Source of the DNA: Phoronis australis
Taxonomy: Eukaryota > Animalia > Phoronida
NCBI GenBank assembly: GCA_002633005.1
Contig: NMRA01000432.1
Location: 62,001-126,000 of the forward strand
Length of the DNA: 64,000 nt
Direction: 5' to 3'
Below the pieces are notes generated by a model. The model had not been told where the DNA came from and searched no databases. It saw only the letters and a list, made by a program, of their open reading frames with translations. Shown here piece after piece: positions 38,201 through 53,200 of this stretch. Position numbers and translations under genes: made by a program. Position 1 is the stretch's first letter. Every line of letters begins with the position of its first letter.

Positions 38201-41200
38201 CTCTGCGTTGCTCTTGTTGGATTTCATATTTCTATCGGCGAAAACACTTTTAGAATCGTTATGCAAATTGGTAAATGTGTTCCTAGTTGGAAGAGCATTG
38301 TTGACGATTTTTGGCCAGTTTGACTACTGTGGCGCACCCTAGTGGGAGTTTGTTTTTTACGCATCCTCAGCTGTTTTTCCCTGCTAGATCTTTGTGTAAT
38401 TTAGCAGGTGTTTTTTATGAATATGACTACAAGTGATGACATTTGGACTTAACTGACTACCACTTTGCCCGCAGTGCCTCAGTGTACTTTTTATTGGTTG
38501 TCAAGCGCGTTCTTATTGAGAGCATTTGTGACTTGCTATGCGCCCCCTAGGGGTTATTTTACGTTTATTAGCATTGCTCCATTTAGTGAGAGTGTTTAAA
38601 ATTATAGTAATCATCCCTTGTGCTTACACTATATACGATGCACAAGGTGGGCGCATATCAACGCTCTCCATTGCGCTTGTAATAAAATGTAGTAAAAAAG
38701 AAAGGTGCATACATACAAAAAGAACAATAACATGACAAAACTTTATTTCATATAAATCTTCGGGTGATATCTTAAAAATAATGTTACAGTTTTGAAAAAT
38801 CTCATTGCATTTTTGTTTGATGCAACTCTAGAGTAGTTTCATTTAAATAGTGAAGGTCGATGTAGCCCCTTATGCAAAAGTGGAAGAACACTGCATACAG
38901 AATAGTATCTGAAAGTTTCACATGAATCCAATCAACCATTTGTGAGAAGTTAGTTTGTTAGCAAAATTTGGACTTTGTTCTAGGATCCTACATAGTGGTG
39001 AAAAATTTCCTGAGCTGGAGTATGTTATGGATTGTGCAAATTGGTGTTTCATGTCTCCTAGATTTGAGCTACAAACCTGAATGGAAATTCAAAATTTTGA
39101 GTAAAATTTGGAGATATCAAGTTGATACTCAAACTGTTTGTCTAGTTTAGTCTATACTCAAACTGTCTGTGTCTAGTTTAGTCTATACTCAAACTGTCTG
39201 TGTCTAGTTTAGTCTATACTTAAACTGCCTGTGTCTAGTTTAGTCTATACTCAAACTGTCTGTGTCTAGTTTAGTCTATACTTAAACTGCCTGTGTCTAG
39301 TTTAGTCTATACTCAAACTGTCTGTGTCTAGTTTAGTCCTTCTTGTGTGGGAGGTGGCCATCTATATGGAGAATATTCTGTTGTTGTCATTGTCCTTGTC
39401 CTCTTCCTCGTCACGAATGTTTTAGATTGATATGGACAAGTGAAAACGATGTGCAAATCTGAAGAATTTTCAAAAGATGTATCCGAACTCTGAAGAAAAA
39501 AGTTCTTTTTCGAGACAAATGTGTTAATTTGTATTTTCGAATTTCTTAATTCCATGTTTGTATGTACAGTCCTGTGATTCATTAAAAAAAAATTTAATTT
39601 TTACTGGCGTAATTTCTGGCATTGTTGACTGACTGTTTGCACTTTAGACCTACTGATAAAGAGAAAAAGATCAAAAAGCCCAGAATTCCCAATGCCAATA
39701 AAGCCAAAACTGTCAAGGAGTTCCTGTTGAAGCCAGGAGAGGGTGATGAGTCGTCTCTACTATCACCAACACTCAAGAAGAAGGCACCACGGAAACCTCG
39801 TAAGAACAGTACGTCGTCTTCCTTAAATCACGGGTGAGGATATGTTGCAACAAATTGTGCCTTATACAAAGAGTAAATACTGAAATGAATTGAAGAATTC
39901 TAGTCAAATACAGTAAAACACAAAAGTAATCTGACAAAATGCCATTTCCTGTCATGACGGCTAATTCTTTTCACGGCAAAATGTCTGGTTATAACTAAGT
40001 TGGGTGCAAAATTCTAATTGCATAATGGCGTAGTCACATTTGCTAATTTGCCTTCATTCTCAAGACAACTCTTGACGATGAATTCAGCTTCTGCTCCGCC
40101 ATCATGGGGAATTCCAGGTCATTGTGTCTGAATACTTTTGGCTTGTACTGTAGGTGACATTCAAGTTGCAGTCTCAGGCCTTTGACCTTTTTACGGATAG
40201 CATGAGACGGTGTATGCATAAAGGATTCTGGGATAGAGGTCACCTGAAACAGCACCGCTAGTAAACAGATAAACGATCCATAGAGATTATTTTGTTGTTG
40301 CAGTATTTCAATCAACTAGAAATTAAGTTGGTCATACAGTAGTTTTCAAAATATACTTAGCAAAACTCTGTCAAACTTGGATAAAACTCTTGCAAGAAAT
40401 ATTTGGCGGTTTGGTCGAACTTTTGTGGCAACAGGGTTCGTGTAGAACTTAAGTCAGAGTTTTATACGACTTAATTGTGCCTAGCCACGAATTGTTCATT
40501 GGTGCACAGAAAATCGTTGTGAATTTGACAACGTAGACAGAGCAATGTTTGCCAAGAGTTTATTGAGATTTAGCAAGATCAAAACGGATTTTAGACGAAA
40601 AATTAATGGGTGTTCATTTGGGTTTTGTGCGCAGAAACTTCGTCAGATTTCTACTTCGTCCAGTTTATTTTGAAAACTACTGTAGACACGTGTAAACAGG
40701 TGCTTCTACCCGAAGTGAACTGCCGGTTTACTAAGCACATCATCTCCTGCTTGACTCTCTGGCTTCTCTATATATTCTCATGTCAAGTCTTTGCCCTGAG
40801 ATACATTGGCATAAAAAATCTGCTATCGTTCAAAAGTTTAATCTCTCTGTCTCACCCCTGTACAACTCTATTTCCACCACTATCATTCAAAAGTTTTATC
40901 TCTCTGTCTCACTCCTGTACAACTATTTCCACCACTATCGTTCAAAAGTTTAATCTCTCTGTCTCACTCCTGTACAACTCTATTTCCACCACTATCATTC
41001 AAAAGTTTAATCTCTCTGTCTCTCTCCTGTACAACTTTATTTCCACCACTATCATTCAAAAGTTTAATCTCTCTGTCTCACTCCTGTACAACTCTATTTC
41101 CACCACTATCGTTCAAAAGTTTTATCTCTCTGTCACTCTCCTGTACAACTCTATTTCCACAACTTTCATCCTTTGTCCTCACTTCCCACCTTCGTTCCTC

Positions 41201-44200
41201 GTCATTTTCTACCTCCAAGTTTATTTTTATCCTCGCCACCCATAACTCCACTACATCTTCATTTTTGCTCCCAAAACTCATTTATTTTTGGTTTAGTCCT
41301 TTTTATGCTCCCATATATGTGGCAGTGTATTGCTGTCATCTCTGTGTGCACATTGCATGTCTGTTTTGTGTCACCAAAATCCCTTGGAGGATCTTCATGA
41401 AAGTTGGCAGATGTGTTCCTTTGGAGATGGTGACATATGCGACAACTGGTGTGCCCCCTAGTGCCAATTTTGATATTTTACATTTGCCTCTCTATCTTAG
41501 GAGTGCGTTGGTGGATCTTTGTTGAACTTTGCAAATGGATTTTATATCGAGGAAGTGACAATGCCTTCCCATTTTGGGATAGCTTAGGCAATGTACGTGC
41601 CTCCTAGTTACCACTTCTATTTTTGATGAGGTGAGGCATCTGGTTCTTTATCTGCCAAGTGCCGAGGATCATTCTGAAAATCGGCAGATGTGTTTCTGCT
41701 GAGAAGACCACAGCTGACGTTGATTTGTCACATATATGCAACTTCTGTGAAGCCCCTAGTGATCTATTCTGCAAAACGTATCTCCTTATCCCTTGCAAGG
41801 TCTTTTGTAAACTTTGGCAAGTATTTTTCTATGAATGTGGTAACATTTTGTCAGATTTTCATGAAATTTGGCAAATCGACTTCTTTTAGAGAAGTGACAA
41901 CCCTTCCCCATTTTCGTACAGTTGTGGCATACTCTGCGCCACTTGGTGGCCATTTTTGTGTTTAGTAGCATCCACCACTCTACCTGCCACCTGGCAGGAG
42001 AGATTGTCATGGCAATTGAGATATGCGCCTGCTAAGAAGACACATAGCTAACATTGATTTCGAATAGGTCTGAACACTGACTGTATCTCCTAAACCTCTT
42101 GTGGAGTCTTTCTGAAGCGCATTCCTGTGAGTGTGACTACACATGATGCCTTCTTCCACAGGGATCCAACTACTGCTTTGCCTTGTAGTGGCAACTTTAA
42201 TTTTTGCATTTGCCTCGGTATCGTCGGAGTGCCTTGACTGATTTTCATGAACTGAGGCAAATTGGTTTTCCCATTTCCTGGTAGGTTCGACGTGTTCTGC
42301 ACCCTCTACTGGTCTGTTTCTCGTGATATTGATAAACAGTCCCAGAAGTATATCGTTTGTAGTGTTATCTTACGCGCATTTCAATGCTTTGCGTTGCTCT
42401 TGTTTTAATTGTTGCAGTGCTAACTCGGGGTGATTACAAGTTGATCTTATCCTTCACTTCAAATCTTGCATTGAAAACTCGACTTGTGCCATTCCATTCA
42501 AAGGTCATAGGATTTGTTTGCATGTTGTGTTGTTGTTAATATTGCCTCTTTGTTGTAGGTCATCGCAGGTACTCTCAGGTCTGTCTGCACTGGCTGCTGT
42601 TGCCTCGACCAGCATGAGGGCTGGTAAGTTAAGTGCAATTTGAAGCCACCGTTGTGATGTAAGCTTTTAGTTGTCCCCGCTTAATTTATCTATATCAACT
42701 TGCCTGCTACAGCCCCCTCACATCAAAGCGGTTCTCTCTACTATCCCGACATTGGGGCGGTGTTGCCTTCAAGAAATGTTTAGTGCAAGTTGTCTGTTTG
42801 AGCCTTTCTCCTGTACGTTCCGTCAAGATAGCAATACATGCTCGTCAAGATATCAATACATGCTCAGCCATTGGGAGATTGAGTTGGGTGTGGCAGGCCT
42901 GCCTCTGATGTCAATATCAAAATGATAGAAAGAACTTTTCTGCGCTAGCACGTACCTGATAGTTACTTCTGCGCAACCACGTACCTGATACTTATTTCTG
43001 CGCAACCACGTACCTGATACTTACTTCTGGGCTGGCACTATGCTGTAATTTGCATACACGGCAAGCACGTTGGGCGCAGGTGACTGAACACGTGTTGCAA
43101 TACCTTAACAAGTTGTGGCAAATCATTGCACTGCATTCATTTTTGTCTCCGTCATCTTGCCCCTGGGTTAACTGTCATGGCAACTGCCATCTGGACACAA
43201 CTTTAATCTAATGCCAGCAGGACTACAGGCAAGCTAATCGGCCAAACGTTTTCTTTTGCTTTTGTGTTCTGCTTATCGTCATTTGCTTGCTGTACAGTGG
43301 TTTTCGAAATTCATTTGAGCTCCAATGCACAAAACCAGACCTTAATATCCATTTCCTTTAATATCCATTTCCTTTCAGCTAAACTCTCCACAAAATGTTA
43401 ATGGTTGCGGCTCCACACATTGTATTTAAATCACAACACCTTGCCTTGGAAGTCTGTTTAGAACTAAACAATTACAGCGGGAAGGCGCTGGAATGTCCCA
43501 TTAAACTCAAATTAAAAATTATTCTGACAAAGTCTGTCGAAATATGTCTGGTTTATTTTGAACAGTACTGTTGCTATGCAGAAACGTTGATTGCAATGAG
43601 GCAGATAATGTGCAGCCTTGTTCAATGAGCTGTGGTCTGTAGTTTTCCTCTTTGGACTTGGATAATTTGATTTTTAAAGCAGTGGTGATTTCATAGCACT
43701 CTGATCAAGTGTAATCTTGTTGTTTCTGCACCGATGTCTGGTTTACTTGCATTTTATGTTGTAGAGATTGTCATGTAAACCTGCCTTTCCATGTTACCCC
43801 AAAACTTTATGCATACAGTCCTTGTTTGGTGGCTGCCGCTTTAGCTTGTACCGTTGTTCGCTGTTTAAGGTTATGTGAGACCATACAAACACGTGCAACA
43901 TCGTGTCTCTTGATGCCTTCTCAGACTCAAATCAATCTTTCAGATGCTGTGCTTAAGCACTGTTCTCAAATTGTTGTTAAAATCATTTGAAATGTTCCAT
44001 AATTTTACGTGAGAGATTTTCAAAAATAAGACTTATTGAATATGAGAAGTTGCATGTAACAAAAATGAAGCCGTAATTTAGAAAACTAACAGCATTTTTT
44101 AGATTTTTGTCAAATAAAATTGTAATTTTATTGATATTAAATGTTCCTTCATTTTTTGCTTAAATTTGCTCAAAAAATATGATCACGTAGCCCTGTTAAT

Positions 44201-47200
44201 GGCACTTTGGTGTTAAGTCAAAAATCGAGTTCTTTCAGCTATTTTCAGAAAATCTGTACTTTTACTAAGTTAGATATCTGGCACAAACTTGGTGATAAGG
44301 TGTCACATAATCTTAAGACAGATGTTTCTAGCTGTATTATTACAATCAATGGTAGTTGTTCCAGAAGCAGTGTTTGCTTGATGAGTACCACTGTGATTTT
44401 TAAACGGCGAAAAGGGGGCTTTGTTTTTGAGGTACACGTTTTTGACATATCTTCCGTTACCAGTTAGTGAGATGGTATGTTGACCTTCTTTTTGTAGATA
44501 TCTGTTGTGAATGAACTTAGCAGGGCTCGACATAACGAGCTGCAGGTCGCATTTGCGACCTGAAATTTGAAAATGCGAGCTGAGATTTTTGTCAGCTCGT
44601 ATAAAGTCGCAAAATGCGACCTGGAATTTCCAACGAATGCGAGCTGAGTTTTTACACTTCTCAACAGATACCCGTCAAATACGAATCACCTCTTGTTAAT
44701 CCGACCGTTGTTTGGTTGTTGCCAAATACAAGTTCAAAAGAACACTAACCGAGAACAGCCCTCCCGATGACTTGTAAGCAAGCCAGTCGCGTGAACATGG
44801 GATATGCAGAATCGATCTTTGACGCGTTTCATTGGCTAACACTTTCGGCCACTTTTGTAAATTCCCGGATTCGCCGAAGAAAGTTTCGGGCCACTGCTTA
44901 ACACGTGATAAAACTTCACAAAACAACGGTGTTTCTATTAATTCTTAAGCGATCAACTTACCAAACATTGTGGTGGACAAAAATGTTTGTTTTTCACATA
45001 AGATGTCCTTATTACATGTACCAAATATCCACGACAATATCCCTGATATCGCACCGCGGCACCGTTAGCGCTCAAGCGGTCCCGGCAGACAATCGTGACT
45101 TAGACTGAGATGTGCTTCTCCTTTTTATCGTATTAAGACAGCCAAAGTGAAAATTACAACCTTATTAATCGCCAAACGACGGTCACGTCTTTACTTTCAG
45201 TTGCCAAGAAATTCTCAAACCCATCACTTGTTTCTGGGGCTACGTGCGCGAACTATGATTTGTCTTTCACACGTTGTTGCCAACGTAAGTGTAGCCCTAC
45301 TCCAGCGATTCAAGTGCGTGAACTCACGCGTGCGCACCACTTCAAAGAACAGCGACAGTCCTAAATGAAAGAGTATACCGGCTTGGCTCTGGTTTATTTG
45401 AAAATGAACTCAGATTCCCAGCGGTTATAAAAGACCCGATGTCCCGGGACCGATATAACCCAGAACTAACATTATCCTGTTCCGATGTTTCCCGAGGTCG
45501 ATGTTCTTTAAACCCTGTATTCTATGCCCGTAGCCAGCTATTGCAACTAAACTGGCACTAGATGCGAAATTGTGGTTGAAGTTAGCGATCTTTTCATTCT
45601 TCTCTTTATACACCCCCCCCCCGCCAACTTTTCGCTCCCCGAACCACCGTCGCCGTAAAATGTTCAGACTCCTATAGAAACAACCTTGTTCCGGCTGAAG
45701 CGGGCAGTTAAAAAAATCATTCCGGGTGGCTAAAAAGGGTACAATGTAGGTGGTAACGATATCCAGAAAGTCACCCCTACCAGATGGAGTTTGCCTCGCA
45801 AAATCGTATTATTATAACTTTTCTTACCATTGCAGCGTTTTAATATCTTATTACCGCAAACACTGAGGTTAACGACTATGCTCACGCACAAGCCTACTCC
45901 CTACCTTTAAAGTGTTTCATAATAAGCGCTCACTGATCTATTAAAAGTCCCCCCTTAAATTTTGAGAATTTCCAATTAAGCGCCCACAGTTCAAGCTAGC
46001 GCCCATCATTGCGCACTACAAACGACCGCGTGTGGTTTAAAATTGACACGCAGCTTATATGTTGTGTGTCACTTTCATTTTACACAACTTCAGTTTTCAA
46101 AAACGTCTTTTCACAATATGTAAAAACCAAATCCCGGCTTTGTTTTATACCTCGGAAAGAAAGTTAACACTAGTGACGTGCGTGTCGTTTTGCGACTGAC
46201 CTATTTTTCCCGTACTTGGAGAGTATTGAAGAGCAAACTCGCGATTACCCGAGTTAGTTTGAATCGTTAACGACTTTGATGACGGCCAGTAGCAGACCAG
46301 ATCTAACAAAATCCCGGATACTTTTTCAACGGGCATTTTCTCCCTTTTCACATTGCAAATTTAGCTACTCGAATGCACAAGTCAGTTAGAGAGCACTGAT
46401 TCAACTTTCACGCCGGCAACTTGCCTTGCGCTCTAGAGACTTTCAATGGCGGTCGTGAAGAACAGTAAGGCCGTACCTGCATGAATGAAGTCAATTTTGA
46501 GATCCGAAATTTGTGAGTATTTAACGCTGCAGGTAAGAGCATAATCTAAACATTTTCTCGATGATCTAAAAAATCTATTTTGGCGCGTAAAAATGGCGGG
46601 AAAATTTTGCGACCTGGCATTTACGAATGCGAGCTGGATTTTGAAAATGCGACCTGGGATTTTGGCTAGGTCGCAAAATGCGACCTGGCGATTTTAATAG
46701 CGTCGAGCCCTGCTTAGACTCACTCAGACTCATTTACGGTCGAAATTTTGACAGTAAACGTTTGTTTCTTGCAGTTGGTAAGCCCAGTTTGATACTTGAC
46801 AATTTGCAAGCTATAAGCAAAGTACCAGAATAACGTCTCTTGGTTAAATCACATATGAGCAGCATGCGCACTTTGTCTAAAGTTCCGATTGCTTGTTTGT
46901 ATAAAGTTGCCATCAAAGAAATCATTGTTCATACAGGGTTAGGTGATATCATGCTCAACACACAAAATTACCAGTTGGATTATGCCAACTTTTTTAACCT
47001 AGCCTCAAGCAATATTAGAATGACCTTTAACCTAACCTCAAGCAACATTAGAATGACCTTTAACCTAGCCTCAAGCAATATTAAAATGACCTTTAACCTA
47101 ACCTCAAGCAGTATTAGAATGACTTTAAACCTAACCTCGAGCGATATTGGAATGGCATATCAGTTCTATCAGTTGTATGTTAGAATGTAGGTTTGAGTAA

Positions 47201-50200
47201 CGCTGCTTCTGGAAAGTTACCTTGGCTGGCTTCTCTGTGAGGTGCACTGTCATTGCTATAGGGACTGTTTCTGCATGCAGGTGGTGAAAGTAACCTGCCC
47301 TCTGTTGTCCAATTGAACAACCAAGTGCATGCTGTTGTGAATCAGTTAGAAGGTAATGGTTTGAATGTGTGTGTCAGTGTGTGATTGTGGTGCCCTCTGG
47401 CGCTTACGTATGTGCGACCAATTAATTGCTTGTGGTAAGTGTATGCCTAGTAGGGCTACTTCTTTGGTATCAATGTTCAATGTTGAAGTGTATTTGTTAA
47501 TATGAAAAGGTGTGACAGATTGTTGCAAAATTGATGAGCGCAATTCAAGTTTGAAAGTCCAGTGTTGCAAACTTTAGATATCTGTAAACTGCAGTAAATC
47601 AAGTAGTCCTAGAAAATACAGTAACTAACTTTTTACGTGGCAACATATTTATATGTGGGTGCATATTGTCGTCATCTCTGTCTGGGCGTCCAGCATCCGC
47701 AGCTGTATCTCCCAAACCCCTCACAGGATATAGATGAGATTTGGCAGATGTGTTCCTGTCAAGCTGACGACGGATGGCGGCGAATTTCGAACCTCTGCCT
47801 CTACTGATGCGTCCCCTTGGGGCAATTTCAGATTTTTCCGTTTACGTCTGTATCTCCGGACTTCCTCACGGCATTTCCATAAAATGTGACAGTTAGGCAT
47901 CTATTAGTGAGAAGACGCTATCCTTCCGTTTTCAGATGGATTCGATGTACTTACCGCCACCTAATGACCTGTTTTCGAGTTCGTTTTTGGTGTCAACCAA
48001 ACCACTCTATGGGTGATTGTGAAAATTGGCATATTTATTCTTACTGTGAAGAGGGCGGCTGATTATGGTTTTCCGACGACTTCGACTACTGTGGCGTCTC
48101 CTAGTGGCAGTTTTGTATGTTTTTGCGCCCATGCTTGTATCTACTAAACGCTCTATAGGGTCTTTGTTTAATTTTGCAAGTGTATTTATATAAAGTTGAC
48201 AACAGATGACGACTTTCGGATGGATGGGACTACTGTTATGTCCCCAAGTGGCAATTTATATTTTTTTTGCTTTAACCTTTGTATTTTTAAAAGTTCTTAA
48301 CGCATTTTCATAAAATTTGCCAGATAGGCATCTATTACTGAGGTGACGCTATCAACCGGTTTTGGATTGATTCAAGGTATTTTGCGCCACCTAGTGGCCA
48401 TTTTTCGGTTTTCAAGTTTGTTTTTAGGCTTCTGCGGCTTCTGCCCCTCTGTCAATCAAACCACTCTAAGGATGATTGTGGAAATTAGCATGTATGATCC
48501 TAATGTGAAGAGGATGGTTAACAATGATTTTCCGAGGACCTTGACTACTGTGGTGCCTCCTAGTGGCAGTTTTATTTTACACCCATGGCTGTATTTCCTA
48601 AACCCTGTGCTGAATCTTTATTAAATTTAGCAAATGTATTTATTATGAAGTTGACAACAAACGGCTATGACTTTCAGACTGATCCGACAAACATTGTGCC
48701 CCCTTGTGGCAATTTCATTTGTCCTATTTTCCTCTGTTTCTTTGAAGCTGTTTATCTGATTTTTTAGAAATTTGTTCAATAGCTTTCTATCGAAATGAGG
48801 ATTTGTTCCTGTTTTTGGATGGGTTCGACATATGTTGCACCATCTAGTGGCCATTTTGTGTTGCAAATAAACGCCCCTTAAAGCACACCGTTTGCGGTGC
48901 ATTCGTAGGCGCATTTCAATGCTTCGCGTTGCTCTTGTATCAGAAATTTCTCTTTGAATAAGTGCTTTTGATTTTTTACTTTTGCATGTTTCAAAAGGTT
49001 ATCTCAGGTTTTTTTTTTTAAATTTGTCAATTGACCAAATGGCCTCAAATATGGGACCAATTTTCTTTGTTTTTGTTTTTGATTTGAAATTTTTATAGAA
49101 CGGGGGGGGCATTTTATCATGTTTTTGTGTGCTATCTCTGTTATACAGCTAACTGTAAACCAAGCTCACCAATCCACAGTTGCATAATATGCTTGACCGA
49201 AGTGCTAAGATTTGTTGTTTTGGTCTCTAACAGAAGTTTTGATAAGCTGCTTTCCATTGTCCTAGAACCTGAACAAATCTTTACCTCACTGCAGAATCCT
49301 AAGCCTTACTGCCCTTTACAAACCCATGCATCATAGGGACTCTATTTACTCACTATGAACCTCCAGGGGAGCTGAACTATACCCACACAAATGGCATACT
49401 TACTATGAACTATGAAGACAGTGTATCAATTGTTACCTAGACTTTAAGGTGGTTGCCCTGGCTGATTGAATTCATGTTGACTTAAGTGATTCTGATATAC
49501 TTCATTGGACTTAAATAACAGACATCGATATTATAATTAAACAACTCAAAAAGATATGCATCACATCGCATTTTGTTTCTGATTAAAAGTATCAATGTTC
49601 TTTGATAACGTTGTTATCCTAGAGCCATTGAGTATTGGTTGCCCATCTACAGTGTATTATGCTGTTGTTTCTGAACAGTAATGTAGACCTCTCTCTCAGT
49701 GCTCGATTTGGCAACCGGCATGTCACAAATGCTACCTCAGATTGTGTTTGCCAACTTGAGAAAAATCCCAAATCGCCACGATGTCTCCACTGTTAGTATC
49801 AAAGGCATACAATAATTACCCCAAATTTCGTTCCAAAGTTTGTGTTCACTTCCAAACTTTAAGTTACTAACAGTACTCCTTAATTTATTACCTTTAGCTC
49901 ACTAAGCTAAGTGTTAAGCGCTGCCTCTGAAACTGGGCCATACACTTTGGTCAAGTTAGTATACGTGGTAAAAGTGCCTGATTGATTGGAGTTCAGGTTC
50001 TGTGATAAGTGTTCAGTCTGTGGTTAGAGTTTGGTATGTAATAGTTGTATGTCTCTATCTTTTTGTTGCTTGTTTCTTAGCTTTCATGTGAACATAACTA
50101 TCACGTTTTTGTGTGTGTGTCATCATAGGAGAGATGCTCGGCATGAACGGACCATCGACCAATCATACAGCCAAGATGACTAAAAGCCCAACATTGGCAC

Positions 50201-53200
50201 GTACAGGTATACCGCAAAGTATGGAACAGTTACTAGAGCGCCAGTGGGAACAAGGCTCCGCTTTCCTAATGGAGCAGGGGCAGCACTTTGACAGTAAGTT
50301 CTGTACCTAGATTGTTATAGCTGTTATGCATGTGTTTGGGGAACTAGACAGTGAATTTTGAAATTGAACTGTGTGTTTTGTTTGCTGTATCAGGATCTTT
50401 GATCCCAGAACCAAAATTTTCCAAAGTCACGTTTCCTTGCATTCCCTAAAAATAGCTGCCGAATTTTTTAGTGGTGTCCCTGTAAACTAAAGTACATGGA
50501 CCACCAACTCTGTATATTTTCAATGGACGAAATCTGATCTTGCGCATAATCCACAACAGCACTATTCACTAGCGACACTTGGCAGACATAGCGCATTTTA
50601 CTTCCAGCAAGTATGCCATCTGCTAATCATGGTCAGCTGTTGTGTGGTCAGGTGCTTGACCAGTAGCATTGCCAAAAGTACTCACGATACCAAGAGTTCT
50701 GTTATTGGAATACTTAGAACAGCGTTTCAATGTCGAATTTTTTTTTTTGTTGTTGTTGTACTAGACAGTGAAATAGATGGAAGAATTTTCCGTCAAAATG
50801 CACTTACCGGAAGCTGAGTTTGTTATGTTTACAGTGTGGCGCCTCTTCTAGGATATTACTCAAGAAAACGTCGGAGTTGCGAATCTGTTGTCTATAATCT
50901 ATGGTGTCCCCAGAAAAGTTAGAAACATTCCAATAACCTCAACATGTTTGTGGAAAACATTCAAGTCTGAAAAAAGTCGTAAAATCTTTTCTGCTATAGT
51001 TTCGTTTTCAAACAGTTCAGTGCCATTTAAAAAGGTTAAAAACAAAGATTCACCAACTTTAACTGTCACCAACTACCATATTCATGCTGGTAGTTGTGAT
51101 CCATTTATTAGCACTGTATATGGACTGCACTTCACCTACCGCAGATATAGAGGTGACTTGTTACAAATCCATGTACCTCAGTTGTGAGTTGTACTTGTTT
51201 CCAAAGCGAAGCTGTTATCTGATTTGTCAAACAAGTCATGAAAACAGCTTTAAAAATAGAGGAAAATGCTTGACAATTTTTATATAATAACAGAAAAATG
51301 CCAAAATTGCAGATGTTCATGTTATAAATGTAGTTTTGCCAAATTTCTTAACATGGCACATTCTGTTTCATTATAGGTGCAATGTGTACTATTTTGATCA
51401 AGAAACAAAAAACACGTTATTTGCAGGAATGTACAGTTGTCGGCATATGACAAATAGATTAATAACTTTTGTGTGAAGTAATGAATGACTGTATTCCACC
51501 AGCTAGTACTCTAACTTTGCTATTTTTGTTTTGGTCTGAACTCAGGGGTCTTCATTTTGCCCTCCAATTCATGCAGGTGATATAGATTGATGCTTTTTGT
51601 ACTTGATGTCCCTAAATATAAGCTACAAACTTTTTCAAATACGATGTTTCAAATTTAACCACGAATTTGCACAATAATGCTTTGGCCATCAGTTGCGAAT
51701 GTAAATTATTTTCTCATCCACTTAACTCAAGTGCAAAATCATATACACTTGTGTCTGGAGCCTAATCTTTGTAGTATAAATCAAATTTATAATTGATGTC
51801 CATAGATTTAAGTTACACAGTAACATGTCCAAACGTGATATTTCAGTCAGTTTGCAGCTGCAATGCTGAGGTCATGAAGTGCGAATGTGGATTTTTATTC
51901 ATCCGCCTAACTCATGTACTTGTGCACAAAATCAAAGACAGGTCTTGATGCGTTCTAAAGTGGGGCTTAAAATATCAAAATTACATAAAGTTGAATTTCA
52001 GGCTCTTCTCACTAGAATCTACATTGTAGTAATTGGCTCAATACTTCTGCTCTGCCCCTTCCAGTTGCCTCACTCCTAAACTGTCTCAGTCAACTCCGTG
52101 CTGAGAACCTACGATTGGAGGAACACATCCAGTCACTGACCACCCGCCGAGACCACCTGCTGGCAGTTAACGCTCGCCTCTCCATGCCACTAAATGCCGC
52201 CCGAGGCACAGCCGTCCACAACAATGCCAGGCCCTCGCCAGAGCATGGCCAGCACCCCAGGAGTCCGCGCGTCAATAATTTTTTACCTCCTGAACAGATG
52301 TCGACGGTGAGTCAAAGGAATTTCTTGAGTAAATGTAAGAGACTGTGATGCAAAAGTTGAAGTATATTGACTCATTCTTGCTGACCAGTGTGAAGTCTGC
52401 AGACAACTTGAGAATTACAAATAATTACACTGTGTCCATTAGCATTCGTATTCATAATGAATGGTTGACTAAAATTTTTATTTCCTTTCTAAAGACGAAA
52501 ACATGCTGTCCACACATGATAACAACAAAAATGTATTGATTGATTGAAGCTTGCACAATATTTAGAGGAAGTTTACCTAAACATTGAATCCAGTGCTGTA
52601 AGAATCTACTTAGAAACTGTTTTGAATCGCTAAGAATTGAATTTAGATTTTACTTGTTGTGAAGCAGGAAATGATTTCCATTCTTTTCTAGGATCTTGGC
52701 AGTTCTCTCAACTCAAGTGTGGGTAGTAGCTCTACCCACCATTCGGCAACACCTTGTAGTCCTGTGCAAGTGGCTGGGACCAATCTTTTAGCGCAGGGGT
52801 CCACACCTCTGGCAACCACAGTACCACTGGCTACTACAATGGTGGTATCTACGCCTCAAGCCAGACACAGTCCAGGTGGTGAGCGAGCACTGATCTCCCT
52901 AGTTGTCTGTTTTGAAATGTCAAGTGGAGTAGTAGTCCATCATTATGCCAGTATAAAGAATTTTTGTTTCAAAGTTATGGTCCATTATGCATTACTTTCC
53001 ATGCACCAAAGTGCTTAGCTACAAATAATGTGTAATTGTGGGACATATTAAGTAGTGTAATTACGGGGCATGTGAAGTAGTGTAATTACGGGGCATGTGA
53101 AGTAGTGTAATTACGGGGCATGTGAAGTTGCGTAATTGAAGGGCATGTGAACTACGGTGCTGGTGCGTGGAAAATAGTGTAATTATGGTATGATAAATCT

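Noticed and set aside
39125-39338. 31-bp repeats superficially resembling a CRISPR array
   Set aside because: Head-to-tail repeats with no unique spacers, no cas genes, and located in a eukaryotic intron: a minisatellite.
40610-41245. 211-aa ORF
   Set aside because: Open only because a 57-bp (3n) stop-free minisatellite runs through it; intronic, with no domain signal.
44464-44474. Possible 11-nt microexon (cag|ttagtgagatg|gtatgt)
   Set aside because: Not a multiple of 3, so it would frameshift AF10 before the OM-LZ; weak pyrimidine tract.
46840-47190. 116-aa ORF with FNLASSNIRMT repeats
   Set aside because: Translation of a 33-bp minisatellite.
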